Shown: positions 38,633-48,960 of the stretch, one piece after another
Position numbering within the stretch: position 1 is the stretch's first letter
Layout: every line of letters begins with the position of its first letter
NCBI GenBank assembly: GCA_963695335.1
Contig: OY968764.1
Location: forward strand, 320,001 to 384,000
Reading direction: 5' to 3'
Source: an uncultured bacterium
GTDB lineage: Bacteria > Babelota > Babeliae > Babelales > Vermiphilaceae
DNA: 64,000 nucleotides
Made by a program: the position numbers and the translations under genes
The notes under the pieces: model-generated
Told to the model about the DNA's origin: nothing
Seen by the model: only the letters and a program-made list of their open reading frames with translations
Database searches by the model: none

Positions 38633-39673
38633 TTAAAGATTTTGATGTACATCTCTTTGTGTTTGGTTTTTTTCAAGCATGAGTATCAGATTATCAATTG
38701 TTTCCCGTTTATCTTTTAAAGTGAGTAATACATCTTGATTGAATCCTTCTTGTTTACAAAGATAGATAAACTTGTTGAGCGCATCTTCCGTAAAGCTACC
38801 AACGTTATCATGAGTTTGCTGATTCCAATTGAATAATAAGTTCATCGCGCGCTTAAGTGCTTTATCAGGATCTGCTCCATTATTTATGAATTGCTGCATA
38901 AGGTCAGGGTTATATTTTTTGTTTTTATGCATGCATGCTATTAATCCATTACTGAGTTCATCGGGGGTAGAAAGAGGAATTGTAAAGTCTATAAGCTTTT
39001 GTTGTGTGATGATTTTTTTCCAAAGGGCTACTGTTTTTTTTGTTGGATATTGTAACAGTGTGATGATGAGATTGTCTATATTGGGTCTGCTTACCATCAT
39101 CAATAATCCTCCTAGAATGTCATATTTATTATGATCTATTCCTAGTTCGAGTAATTTTTTGACATTGTTGAGGGCGCGAATTTTATCATTGCACCGGTAT
39201 TTGGTACACCAATGTTTTAAGAGAGGTTCTGTATTTGCTTTTTTATAGTAAAGACTAGCCCCGTGTTCGAGTAATATTTCAATTCTATCTGGTGTAAGGT
39301 CATAGTCATATAATTCATCAGAAAGAGCTAAACATTTTTGAGCTCCAGGGAAGCTTAATTTTTGTGCTTCATGGCGGGTAAAATCTTCATTATTGCGACA
39401 TAAAACACGTAAGATTATCTTGTTAGCGGTGACTGAATCGTTTCTTTCTTTATGAAGTTCTTTGTATAAATCCCAATTTATAAAACTAACATAACCAATA
39501 ATACGAGAAGTTTCTTGAGCACGAAATTCTTTATTATAATAAGATGCAACGTAAAGATGGACATTTTGAGCAAGTTCAAGAAGAATCTTTTTTTTTAGCT
39601 CATCTATTTCCATGCCCAAAACGTTTGAATTGAGTAAAAATAAGAAAAACAAAGATTGAACTAATTTTTTCAT
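38633..39673 (-). CDS. Exported ankyrin-like protein
   Basis: VLG|MEID; IEILLEHGASL, VKKLLELGIDHN, FINNGADPD. Confidence 0.72.
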   Translation of the reverse strand: MKKLVQSLFFLFLLNSNVLGMEIDELKKKILLELAQNVHLYVASYYNKEFRAQETSRIIGYVSFINWDLYKELHKERNDSVTANKIILRVLCRNNEDFTRHEAQKLSFPGAQKCLALSDELYDYDLTPDRIEILLEHGASLYYKKANTEPLLKHWCTKYRCNDKIRALNNVKKLLELGIDHNKYDILGGLLMMVSRPNIDNLIITLLQYPTKKTVALWKKIITQQKLIDFTIPLSTPDELSNGLIACMHKNKKYNPDLMQQFINNGADPDKALKRAMNLLFNWNQQTHDNVGSFTEDALNKFIYLCKQEGFNQDVLLTLKDKRETIDNLILMLEKNQTQRDVHQNL

Positions 39674-39707
39674 TGCCAACTTTCATTGTATAAAGAATAA
39701 GTTGTTT

Positions 39708-40675
39708 TTATTTGGGACTATTTTTTTTTAGATCGTTTTCTATTGCTATTAATATGTTTTTTAATTCGGATATTTTCTCTAAAGCTTCTTTATTAAAAGC
39801 ACCATAGTTCTCAATAAGACAATGCAGAATGAGGACATATGTTTGAGAAATTGGAAATGCTTTTTGTGTGATGTAATCAAGAGAATTATTACTATAACGA
39901 TTGGCGCCATTTTCAAACAAATAGTTTATAATTTCAGGATTTGATATTTCGTATTTTATGCATTCATTTAATCCTTGATTTGCAGTTATAAGTCCTAATT
40001 TGAGCAATGTTTTGATTGAGTCAAAATTTTCCTGAGCAAAAGATTCGCCTATAGTAAACTCCTTTATACGGCGCTCTTGTAATGTAGCAACTTTGGGCTT
40101 TTCATAGGGTAGTAAGAGTTGAATCATTGGAGAATCATTATTGCGTACGGCGATTTCCAAAGGAGTTTCTATTGTGTCAGGAATATTGTGCAGTTTTGCA
40201 CCATGTTTAATGATTTGTGCCATATTTTTAACACCTTGTTCTGTTGCGTTCATGGCAAAATAGATTGGTAATATTATTGTTTCTGGAGCATATTTATCAT
40301 GGCGAGGAGGGTGATAATTAACATTGGCACCTTGTTGTATCAATTCATCTATTTCGCTTTCAGTAATTTTATGGGTATAAAGTTTTTCACTTAAAGCATC
40401 TATGTATTGTCGTAAAAAAAATATTCTCCGGTTATTGGGTCGTATCGCTCGGCTTTTACTTCTATAAATCTTGGCTTATAACTTTCTTTGGCGTAAAGTT
40501 GATCATGAAAGAGACTTAATCTTTGTGATTGTGATAATTCTGCTATTTTTATTGTCATATAGTTTTGCTTATCAGGTTGCTCAGAGAAGTCTGTTGTTTG
40601 CTCTTCTCGTTCCATGCTGTGTATGTTGTGAGTGCAGCAGAAGATTGATAGTATTGCTGCAGAAAGTTTTTTCAT
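39708..40675 (-). pseudogene. Exported ankyrin-like protein split by a frameshift in a T8 run (coding strand)
   Basis: IHS|MER...EYFF, then IDALSEKLYTHKITESEIDELIQQGANVNY in another frame, matching paralogue FDALSEKLYDKNITDTQIRELVKQGAQVNY; run at 40414-40421. Confidence 0.85.
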
Positions 40676-40755
40676 AACAAGATCCTTTTGCAGAGATTAA
40701 TTATATCGTTGGAATTATAGTATTAATTTTTAGTTTTTTAAAATAAAAAAATCCT

Positions 40756-40815
40756 CCCTACTTCGCCAAGGCTTCCTACTTCGTTAAAACTACGAAGGAC
40801 ACGTCGTAGGGCAAG
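40756..40815. repeat. Family C element nested in a family C element
   Basis: CCCTACTTCGCCAAGGCT-[TCCTACTTCGTTAAAACTACGAAGGACACG]-TCGTAGGGCAAG. Confidence 0.85.
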
Positions 40816-41191
40816 CCTGTAAGTAGTGAGGATCTTTAAGTGTTTATATTGTTGTGTTAACTATTTTGGTTGATTAGCTTCTAATGCTTTTACAATTGCA
40901 TCAAAATCTTTTTTGATAGTGAGTATTCTTTGATGAACTTTCGGATTAAGCGCTCCAGATTCACATAGCTGTCTCAACAATTCAATATATTGGTTGGATG
41001 GGAATGCTTTTAGCATTACACCAGGTAGAACATCACCACCGTTATTAGCAGTATATTGGAGAAGAAGATTTAAAACTTCTTGATTTGGTTTCATTGTAGC
41101 GGCAAATACTTTCAGAGCACGGTTAGGTGTTACGAGGTTGCGGTCAAGTAACATTTTTATTGTAGCAATATTTTGATCAATAAGAGAGCTA

Positions 41192-42041
41192 GGTTCTGTT
41201 GAGTTTTTGAAAAGATAAGTTTTGAAGTATGATAACACCGAAAAAGCAAAAACCAAATCACTAAAACGGTGCTATCATGAAAAAAGAGTATATCAGCGAA
41301 ATGGCCTGGAGCAAAATTTTTAATTTTTTAAAACAGCAAAAAAACATTTATATAAAAGAAGAAAAGGACTGTAAAAAGTTTATAGAAGGGACATTTTGGA
41401 TGGCAAGAACAGGAGCACAATGGAGAGAGTTGCCGGAAAAATATGGAAATTGGAATAGTGTGTTCAGCAGATTTAATGCTTGGTCAAAAAAACATATTTG
41501 GGAAAAATTACTCAGTTTTTGTGCAGAGGATCCCGATATGGAATATGTAATGATTGATGCCACGATAGTCCGCGCACATGCCTGTTCTGCTGGATATGAT
41601 CAATTTAAAAATGAAGGACTGGGAAGAAGTAAAGGTGGTTTTACAAGTAAGATACATGCAACAGTAGATGCTTTAGGCAATCCTTTAAGATTTGTTATTA
41701 CTCCTGGTCAGCGTAATGATATTACTCAGGCTGATATTTTATTAAAAGATATTTCTGAATCATATGTAATAGCGGATAAAGGATATGATTCCACTGAATT
41801 ACGTTCGAAATTAATAGAAAAAAATTGTGTTCCCGTTATTCCTCCAAGATCCAATCGTAAAGAACAATATCAATATGATGAACATCTATATAAAGAGAGA
41901 CATGCGATTGAATGCTTGTTTTCAAAGATAAAACACTTTAGAAGAGTGTTTGCTCGTTTTGATAAATCGGCACGAAATTTTTTATCTTTTCTTTCTTTTG
42001 TGGGAACTTGCATATGGTTACGATGAAAACTCAACAGAACC
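41192..42041 (+). mobile_element. IS5-family insertion sequence, about 850 bp
   Basis: Terminal inverted repeats GGTTCTGTTGAGTTTT / AAAACTCAACAGAACC; TA (or CTAG) target duplication. Confidence 0.93.
41277..42026 (+). CDS. IS5-family DDE transposase
   Basis: RTGAQWRELP, IDATIVRAH, GRSKGGFTSKIH, ADKGYDS, YKERHAIECLF...FRRVFARFDK. Confidence 0.95.
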   Translation: MKKEYISEMAWSKIFNFLKQQKNIYIKEEKDCKKFIEGTFWMARTGAQWRELPEKYGNWNSVFSRFNAWSKKHIWEKLLSFCAEDPDMEYVMIDATIVRAHACSAGYDQFKNEGLGRSKGGFTSKIHATVDALGNPLRFVITPGQRNDITQADILLKDISESYVIADKGYDSTELRSKLIEKNCVPVIPPRSNRKEQYQYDEHLYKERHAIECLFSKIKHFRRVFARFDKSARNFLSFLSFVGTCIWLR

Positions 42042-42643
42042 TAGATATGAGATATTCTCTTATTTTTTGTTCTTGGCTATCGGTTGTCCATGTACATGGT
42101 TCACCATCTCGGTCTTCAGTTGTTGTATATATTGTTACCACAGGATCTTCGTAAGGAATAAGAAGTTGAATCATTTTTGAAAGATCTGCATTTGATTTTC
42201 CTACATAACCACCACCTTCTAATGCAATTGTTAGAGGAGTGCTTTGTTGATCTTCAAGATTATGAATTGTTGCTCCAAGATTTATCATTGTTTGCATATT
42301 TTTTATACCCTGTGGACTTCCATCACAAGCAAAACGAAATATTACCGGACCGCTATTTCCTGGTCTTTGGTAATTAACTTGAGCTCCTTGTTTTACTAAT
42401 TCTCGTATTTGAGTGTCTGTGATGTTTTTATCGTAAAGTTTTTCACTCAGAGCATCGAATGTTTTTAATATTGGGGTTTGTTTAGGATGCTCACTGATAT
42501 CTTTAATAATGATTGGATATCCACAATCATCAGAAGATGGTGTGCCAAGTTCCATGCTATGCGTTTGTTGTGTGCAGCATGCGATTGTGAGAAGTGCTAT
42601 GGAGAATTTTTTCATCGAGAAATCCTTTTTTTGAGATTGTTAT

Positions 42644-43447
42644 TTATTGCAACGATTGTAAATCATTCATAACATTTTTGATTGTATCTGCTGTAGTACG
42701 TATTGTTTCTTTACTTTTAGAAACTTTATCCATGAGTTGGAAAATAATATCGCTAATATTAGTAGCACCATAAGAAAGAAGAAGATCAAGAATTTCTTTA
42801 TTTGATTGCATACACTGAACAAATTCTTTTAGCCCACGATTAGCTGTCATGAGTTTTAATTTAAGTAATAATTCAATCATAGGGATGTTTTGATTCTTAA
42901 AAAATTGACGTATTATATATTCTCTCAGTTCTTTTTCTGAGTAATCATAATCTCTATGAGTGATGCCATCGTTGTCATGATATGTACTTTCATATATTGT
43001 CACTGTAGGGTTTTCATGATGTAGGAGTAATGTAATCATATCTGTTGAATTGTATTGTACAGCTATATCAAGAGGAAAATGTCCTCCAGGTACACGGTGA
43101 TGAATGTCTGCTTTAAGCTCTATGATTGTTTCCATATTTTTTACACCTTGTTTAGTTCTATCAAAAGCAAAATGGACTGCTATTGCGTATACATATTCTC
43201 CTTTATAATTAAGTATAGCTCCTTTGCTTACCAACTCTCGTATTTCAGTATCAGTGATATGGTCTTTGTAAAGTTGTTCACTGAAATGATTGCGCTTTTT
43301 TGATATTGGGGATTGTGGACGATCGTTATATGGTTTGGCTATTACTTGATATCCGCAATCATCAGAAGATGGTGTGCCAAGTTCCATGCTGTGTATTTGT
43401 TGTGTGCAGCATACGATTGTGAGAAGTGCTATGGAGAGTTTGTTCAT
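42644..43447 (-). CDS. Exported ankyrin-like protein (intact paralogue)
   Basis: IHS|MELGTPSSDDCGY; GHFPLDIAVQYN; LLLSYGATN. Confidence 0.78.
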   Translation of the reverse strand: MNKLSIALLTIVCCTQQIHSMELGTPSSDDCGYQVIAKPYNDRPQSPISKKRNHFSEQLYKDHITDTEIRELVSKGAILNYKGEYVYAIAVHFAFDRTKQGVKNMETIIELKADIHHRVPGGHFPLDIAVQYNSTDMITLLLHHENPTVTIYESTYHDNDGITHRDYDYSEKELREYIIRQFFKNQNIPMIELLLKLKLMTANRGLKEFVQCMQSNKEILDLLLSYGATNISDIIFQLMDKVSKSKETIRTTADTIKNVMNDLQSLQ

Positions 43448-43534
43448 CGAAAGATCCTTTTTTTGTGAGATTGTTTTTGAGTGAATACTGTTTCTGACAG
43501 CAGTACTATAGTATTAATTTGATATTTATTCAAT

Positions 43535-43564
43535 AAAAAAATCCCCTTGATAGGGGATTTTTTT
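43535..43564. terminator. Intrinsic terminator
   Basis: AAAAAAATCCCC-TTGATA-GGGGATTTTTTT. Confidence 0.75.
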
Positions 43565-43593
43565 GAATATTAACTAGTATGTAAATATTGCAC

Positions 43594-43842
43594 TTAAGAA
43601 ATAATACATTTACATGCATCATCGTCATCATCATTCTTTTGTTTTTTTTCTAAAGCTTTTTTCTTTTCAAATTCTGAAGCAGCATTTGCTTTTAATTCTC
43701 TAAAAGTATCACGAGCATTTTCATCAGTCTTTTTTCTATGGAATTGACTAAGGAGCATGAATTCATTTGGATCCATAGTAAAAATGAATGATTGATGGAA
43801 TAAAAAAACAAAACAGATTGATGCAAGCAATATATGTTTCAT
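43594..43842 (-). CDS. Small exported protein with a C-terminal CaaX box
   Basis: Signal peptide then MDP; tail KKKALEKKQKNDDDDDACKCIIS*. Confidence 0.7.
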   Translation of the reverse strand: MKHILLASICFVFLFHQSFIFTMDPNEFMLLSQFHRKKTDENARDTFRELKANAASEFEKKKALEKKQKNDDDDDACKCIIS

Positions 43843-43846
43843 GCAC

Positions 43847-45316
43847 TTAACCTTGATTTAAATGTTTCTTGATCAAATCATTAATCAGTTGCGGATTACC
43901 TTTACCTTTGGTTTTCTGCATCATTTGACCAACAAAGAAACCAAATAGTTTTTCTTTACCAGAGCGGTATTCAGCAGTTTGCCCAGGATTTGCAGCAATA
44001 ACTTCTTTGACCATTGCTTCCAACTCATCAGCAGAGCCAATTTGTTTGAGGCCTTTTTCTTCAATAATAATCATAGGCTCTTTATCGGTCTGCGCAACAA
44101 ATACAAAAACTTCTTTTGCAGTGGGGCCATTAATAACACCTTGTTCAACCAAGTCAACAATCTGAGCTAAGCGTGCAGGAGTTACTTTGCATGCAGACAA
44201 TGATATTTTTTCTTCTTTGATGTATCCCATCAAATCACGCAAGATCCAATTAATAAGATTTTTATTGTGTGTATGTTTACGTGCTGCATCAAAGTAGTTT
44301 GCAAGATCAATATCTTCTATTAAAATATCCGCTTCATAGTCATGTAAACTAAGCTCTTTGGTAAAGCGTTCAAACTTAGCGAGTGGTAATTCCGGCATGC
44401 TATTTTTTGCTGCGGCAAGACGTTCATCGCTGATAGAGATAATTGGCAAATCTGGTTCTTGGAAAAAGCGATAATCTGCAGTTTCTTCTTTTGATCGCAT
44501 CGTGATAGTTGTTTTTGCTTTTGAATCCCAAAGACGTGTTTCTGAGCGAACTTTGCCACCAGCTTCTAAGATTTCAATTTGGCGTTCTATTTCATATTCT
44601 GTTGCATCGCTGATGAACTTAAATGAGTTAATATTTTTAAGTTCACATTTGGTGCCAAACTCTTTTTGTCCTTTTTTGCGTACAGAAATATTAGTATCCG
44701 CGCGGAATGAACCTTCTTCCATGTTTCCTGTGCAAATTCCGATATATTGCACAATTGAGCGTAAAGTTTTCAGGTATTCACGCACTTCATATGTTGATGA
44801 AATGTCAGGATGACTGACGATTTCCAGTAGTGGAGTGCCGGCACGGTTCAAGTCAACAAAGCTTTCATTGCTATAACTTGAGTGAATATTTTTACCCGCA
44901 TCTTCTTCAATATGAATACGAATTAAATTAATATTTTTTGTGCTGCCATTTTCTAATCTGATAGTGATATATCCATCAGTGCAAATGGGATCAGCTTGCT
45001 GAGTAATTTGAAAGTTTTTTGGTAGATCAGGATAGAAGTAATGTTTACGATCAAAGGTAGATGATTGGTTGATGGTACAGTTGGTTGCAAGGCCTGCTAA
45101 AATTGCATAATCTACTACTTTTTTATTGAGCATTGGCATTGTGCCAGGGTATCCAGCACAGATTTGGCATATATTAGAGTTTGGGTCTTTTGGTATATTG
45201 TTGGGACAGCTACAAAATATTTTTGTGTTAGTGGTAAGTTGCACGTGAACTTCCATACCGATAGTTGCTTCATAAGAAGGGTGCTTATCAAGTACTGTAG
45301 TGATATGTTCTGCCAT
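43847..45316 (-). CDS. gatB: Asp/Glu-tRNA amidotransferase subunit B
   Basis: IGMEVHVQL, FDRKHYFYPDLPK, IHIEEDAGK, DLNRAGTPLLEIVS, RADTNIS, ELKNINSF. Confidence 0.97.
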   Translation of the reverse strand: MAEHITTVLDKHPSYEATIGMEVHVQLTTNTKIFCSCPNNIPKDPNSNICQICAGYPGTMPMLNKKVVDYAILAGLATNCTINQSSTFDRKHYFYPDLPKNFQITQQADPICTDGYITIRLENGSTKNINLIRIHIEEDAGKNIHSSYSNESFVDLNRAGTPLLEIVSHPDISSTYEVREYLKTLRSIVQYIGICTGNMEEGSFRADTNISVRKKGQKEFGTKCELKNINSFKFISDATEYEIERQIEILEAGGKVRSETRLWDSKAKTTITMRSKEETADYRFFQEPDLPIISISDERLAAAKNSMPELPLAKFERFTKELSLHDYEADILIEDIDLANYFDAARKHTHNKNLINWILRDLMGYIKEEKISLSACKVTPARLAQIVDLVEQGVINGPTAKEVFVFVAQTDKEPMIIIEEKGLKQIGSADELEAMVKEVIAANPGQTAEYRSGKEKLFGFFVGQMMQKTKGKGNPQLINDLIKKHLNQG

Positions 45317-45331
45317 AAAATAGTCCGTTAT

Positions 45332-46843
45332 TTATTGTTTTGTTTCGATTTTGTATTTATCAGAAGGAAAATCTTTATTGATAGTGAGTGTAATCTTAAC
45401 GTTATACATCTCTTCTAATTTTAAGATTGCATCATATTCAATTGTTGTGATGTAGTTGAATATATGAGAATTTAAATGAATTTCAATTTTTTTGTTGCTT
45501 GGTAATGTATGCAACTCATCTTGAATAGCTCGTAATATTTCGTAGCTTTCTGTTTGATATGATTTAACAAAACCTGATCCATGGCACGTGTGACAGCTTG
45601 AAGTGAGTTGTTGAACAAGTGTTTTTCCTGATCGTTTACGTGTCATTTGAACAAGGCCAAATTCTGATATTTTAAGAACTACTGATTGGAATTTGTCTCT
45701 CTCTTTTAAAACTTTTTCAAAAAAACTAAAAACTTTTTCGCGGTTAGAGATGATGCCCATATCAATAAAATCGATAACAATGAGACCACCAATATTGCGT
45801 AATCGTAGTTGTTGCACAACTTCTTCTGCAGCTTCTATGTTTGTTTTAAAAATAGTTTCTTCAAGATTGGTTTTTCCAATAAATCGTCCGGTATTAACAT
45901 CAACAACGGTCATTGCTTCTGTTGATTCAATAATAATTGAACCGCCAGATTTAAGAGAAACTTTTTTCTTGAGAGCTTGTTCAATCTGCTTTTCAATGCC
46001 GTATGCAGCAAAAATATTAACGTTGTCATGATACGCTTGAATAACATGGGCATATTCTGGGGCAATCTGTTTTGCAAATTTATAGAGTTCACTTTGGCTC
46101 TTTTTTGAATCAGTGATGATTGCTTCTACATCGCTATCAAGATGATCACGTACAATTTGAAGCACTAAAGGTAAATCTTCGTGAAGTTTTTCTGAAGGTT
46201 TTGCGGTGGCAAATTTTTTCTCTATGTTGCGCCATTCTTGCACTAAGTAATTAAGATCATGCAAAAGGTCTTTTTCAGCTCGACCATCAGATGTTGTTCT
46301 GATAATTGCACCCATGCCTTCTGGTAAATGTTCTTTAATGATTGTTTTAAGGCGAATACGTTCATCGCGATCTTCAATTTTTTTTGAAACACCGATGCGC
46401 GGTATATTAGGCATAAGAACAATAAATCTACCAGGAAGGGTAAAACAGGTGGTCAGTTTTGCACCTTTTTCATACACAGGCTCTTTGCTGACTTGCACTA
46501 AGATTGGTTCATTTTCTTTGAGGATTTTGCTGATATCTCGTTTTTGAGAGACTTTTTTTTCTATTTTGGGTTCATCTTCATCTTCATCAAGCTGGTCACT
46601 CATTTTTTGCATAGCCAACTCTCTATCAATTTCTGATATATGGAGAAATCCTGCTTTTTGTTGGCCAAATTCAATGAATGCTGTTTGGATGCCGGGCAGC
46701 ACTTTGGTCACAACCCCTTTAAAATAGGCCCGTTCAAGGACTTCGTGGGTTGGGGCGGAGAAATAGATGTTTTGTAGTTTTCCGTCGGTAAGAATGGCTA
46801 TGCGCACTTGCCACGGATTGTCATTTATAATAATTTTTTTCAT
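45332..46843 (-). CDS. rng: Ribonuclease G/E family
   Basis: S1 domain (VLPGIQTAFIEFG), QVSKEP..KGA.LT, VVDVNTG, LRLRNIGGLIVIDFIDM, CHTCHG. Confidence 0.92.
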   Translation of the reverse strand: MKKIIINDNPWQVRIAILTDGKLQNIYFSAPTHEVLERAYFKGVVTKVLPGIQTAFIEFGQQKAGFLHISEIDRELAMQKMSDQLDEDEDEPKIEKKVSQKRDISKILKENEPILVQVSKEPVYEKGAKLTTCFTLPGRFIVLMPNIPRIGVSKKIEDRDERIRLKTIIKEHLPEGMGAIIRTTSDGRAEKDLLHDLNYLVQEWRNIEKKFATAKPSEKLHEDLPLVLQIVRDHLDSDVEAIITDSKKSQSELYKFAKQIAPEYAHVIQAYHDNVNIFAAYGIEKQIEQALKKKVSLKSGGSIIIESTEAMTVVDVNTGRFIGKTNLEETIFKTNIEAAEEVVQQLRLRNIGGLIVIDFIDMGIISNREKVFSFFEKVLKERDKFQSVVLKISEFGLVQMTRKRSGKTLVQQLTSSCHTCHGSGFVKSYQTESYEILRAIQDELHTLPSNKKIEIHLNSHIFNYITTIEYDAILKLEEMYNVKITLTINKDFPSDKYKIETKQ

Positions 46844-46988
46844 AGAGTAACTGGGTGAAAATTTTAGTATTTATCTTCTAATATACAGGTTATGTTTAAA
46901 ATTGGGTAGAAAAATGGTCAAAAATGTGCTAGATTCTGATGAACATTGAGGAAATTGAAGTTAAAAAGTCTATTTTTAAGGAAGTTGT

Positions 46989-47648
46989 ATGAAGAAAATG
47001 TCTCTTTTGGTTATTGCATTAGTTGTTGCTCTCCCTGGTTGTAAACAAAGTAAAGAATCATCTCGTCCATCAAAAAAAGCACAAGTTGAGAAATATATGG
47101 ATGTGGATGTTGATATAGATGATATGGATGATGAAGATTTAGACGATATGGATGAGCTGACAGAAGAAGATATTGCAAGTTTTGAATTCCCTGAAGATGA
47201 AGAGATGATGGAAGAAGAAGATGAGATTAGCCTTGAAGATCTTCTTGGAGACATGGAAGAAAATGAAGAATATTCTTGGATAGATGCTCAGTCAGATGAT
47301 GAATTCAGAAAACTGTACTTCTCATTCAACCATTATGGCGTGAGAGAAGATCAAAAAGCAGCATTGAATTATGATATTGAACAAGTAAGACAGTTGATTG
47401 CTGAAGCTGGAGACAGCGCAACAGTTGTTATTGAAGGGCATACATGCCAAGAAGGCGCTCCTTTATATAACTTGGCTCTTTCAGAAAGACGTGCAAAAAC
47501 AGTAGCTGATCTTTTTGTAGCAGCGGGTATTGATAGAACTGCTATTAAAGTGGTTGGTCGTGGCCAAGAATGTCCAGCAGCAAGTGGTAGAACTCGTGAA
47601 GATCGCGCTCCAAACCGCCGTGTTGAAGTTCGCGTACTTTACACGTAA
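46989..47648 (+). CDS. OmpA/Pal-family lipoprotein with long acidic linker
   Basis: Lipobox LPGC; IEGHTC..G...YNLALSERRA, NRRVE. Confidence 0.88.
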   Translation: MKKMSLLVIALVVALPGCKQSKESSRPSKKAQVEKYMDVDVDIDDMDDEDLDDMDELTEEDIASFEFPEDEEMMEEEDEISLEDLLGDMEENEEYSWIDAQSDDEFRKLYFSFNHYGVREDQKAALNYDIEQVRQLIAEAGDSATVVIEGHTCQEGAPLYNLALSERRAKTVADLFVAAGIDRTAIKVVGRGQECPAASGRTREDRAPNRRVEVRVLYT

Positions 47649-47674
47649 ATAATACGTTGAGATTATAAAATATG

Positions 47675-47702
47675 TCCGCACTGTAAAAGGTGCGGATTTT
47701 TC
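47675..47702 (+). terminator. Intrinsic terminator
   Basis: TCCGCAC-TGTAAAAG-GTGCGGA followed by TTTTT. Confidence 0.65.
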
Positions 47703-47713
47703 ATGTTTAAATG

Positions 47714-47798
47714 AGTTCGTATGTTTCGACAGGCTCAACACGAACGGGATTAAAGATTTTCTCTCCGTTCGCATTGAGCTTGTCGAAATGAGCGAACG
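47714..47798. repeat. Pair of uninterrupted family A arms
   Basis: GTTCGTATGTTTCGACAGGCTCAACACGAACGG...CCGTTCGCATTGAGCTTGTCGAAATGAGCGAAC. Confidence 0.88.
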
Positions 47799-47820
47799 AA
47801 TATATTGTACAAAGTCCCAA

Positions 47821-48960
47821 CTATAGTATTTTCCGTAATAATTTATGCAGCTCATCTCCAAAATTCTTCTTCTCCAATTTCTCAAGATGACGCTTGTAAT
47901 CTTGTAATTTTTGTGAATGTTCAAGAAGTGATGTCATAAGCGGAGCTATCTGTTTATGTTTTTTGATGCATGCACCAAAGTGATGTTTTGTAACAAAAGT
48001 GTGATTAAATTTTTCCCAAGGCAATAATCCAGATGTTGCGTCAAGAAAAAGAGGTGTATTCATGTATAGAGCTTCACATACACTTTGACTGCCTGATTTT
48101 GATATAAGAATATCAGCCATTGCCATATAATCAGCAATGTGTTTGGTAAATTCAACAATTAATAACTTTATGTGGGGTGGTACAGAAAGACGTTCTAATT
48201 GTTCTTTGCTTTTTTGATTTGTACCGATGCATACAACCAATTGCACAGGCATTGTAATATTGAGTAGTTGTTGGGTATATTTTTCCGTTTCACTGGAACC
48301 GCGTGCACCCATGAGAACCATGATAATTGGTATATCGTTACTCAAACGATATTTATGTTTTAAAATAACCGCTCGTTTAGAGATAAAAAAATCTGTTTTT
48401 AAAGGCGCACCAAGCGTAATGATATGTTGATCGGATATATGCGCTTTTTCAATTGGTTTTAATATATCTTTATCATGAAACGATAATCCAATATAAAACT
48501 GTTTATAGGTTGGTTTTTTAATACGCTGGATATACATGCTCACATTCAAATCAGTAGGTATGAGCAAAAAAGGGATATTAAGTTCTTGTGCAACATCAAG
48601 AATAATATAATTCATAATTGGGACAACAGAAATGATGAGTGCTGGTGTATTTTTTATAAGATAATCGTGCAATTCTTGTCTAATTTTTTTTCTTCTTCGG
48701 TGAATATATTGTGTGCCTAAGCGTGAAATAAAAGTAATAAGTTTACAGTATTTTTTAGGTAACAGTTCATTAAAAAGCTCTTCGCATGAGTATTTATTAA
48801 AAGTAATAACTCGAATAGGATCAAGATGGGATAACAGTTTAAAAATATGCACAGTTTCTGTGGTATAATCATGATCTAAGTAATGCTCAAGTGCTGCAGT
48901 TGCGGAAAGGTGCCCACCACCGCCCGAACTGGTGAAAATAAGTACCTTTTTTTTAGTCAT
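47821..48960 (-). CDS. MGDG-synthase/UgtP-like glycosyltransferase (GT28)
   Basis: SSGGGGHLSA, IPTD, LMGARGS, VCIGTN, YMAMADILISKSG.QSVCEAL, PWEKFN. Confidence 0.85.
   Translation of the reverse strand: MTKKKVLIFTSSGGGGHLSATAALEHYLDHDYTTETVHIFKLLSHLDPIRVITFNKYSCEELFNELLPKKYCKLITFISRLGTQYIHRRRKKIRQELHDYLIKNTPALIISVVPIMNYIILDVAQELNIPFLLIPTDLNVSMYIQRIKKPTYKQFYIGLSFHDKDILKPIEKAHISDQHIITLGAPLKTDFFISKRAVILKHKYRLSNDIPIIMVLMGARGSSETEKYTQQLLNITMPVQLVVCIGTNQKSKEQLERLSVPPHIKLLIVEFTKHIADYMAMADILISKSGSQSVCEALYMNTPLFLDATSGLLPWEKFNHTFVTKHHFGACIKKHKQIAPLMTSLLEHSQKLQDYKRHLEKLEKKNFGDELHKLLRKIL

Larger units (their letters stand above)
40861..42615 (-). pseudogene. Exported ankyrin-like protein interrupted by an IS5-family element
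   Basis: Removing the IS and one target copy gives REYLISSSLIDQNI (300 aa), collinear with paralogue REYIIRQFFKNQNI. Confidence 0.9.

Noticed and set aside
40861..41256. 131-aa ORF as an independent gene
   Set aside because: It is the 3' half of the IS5-interrupted gene fused to IS end sequence.
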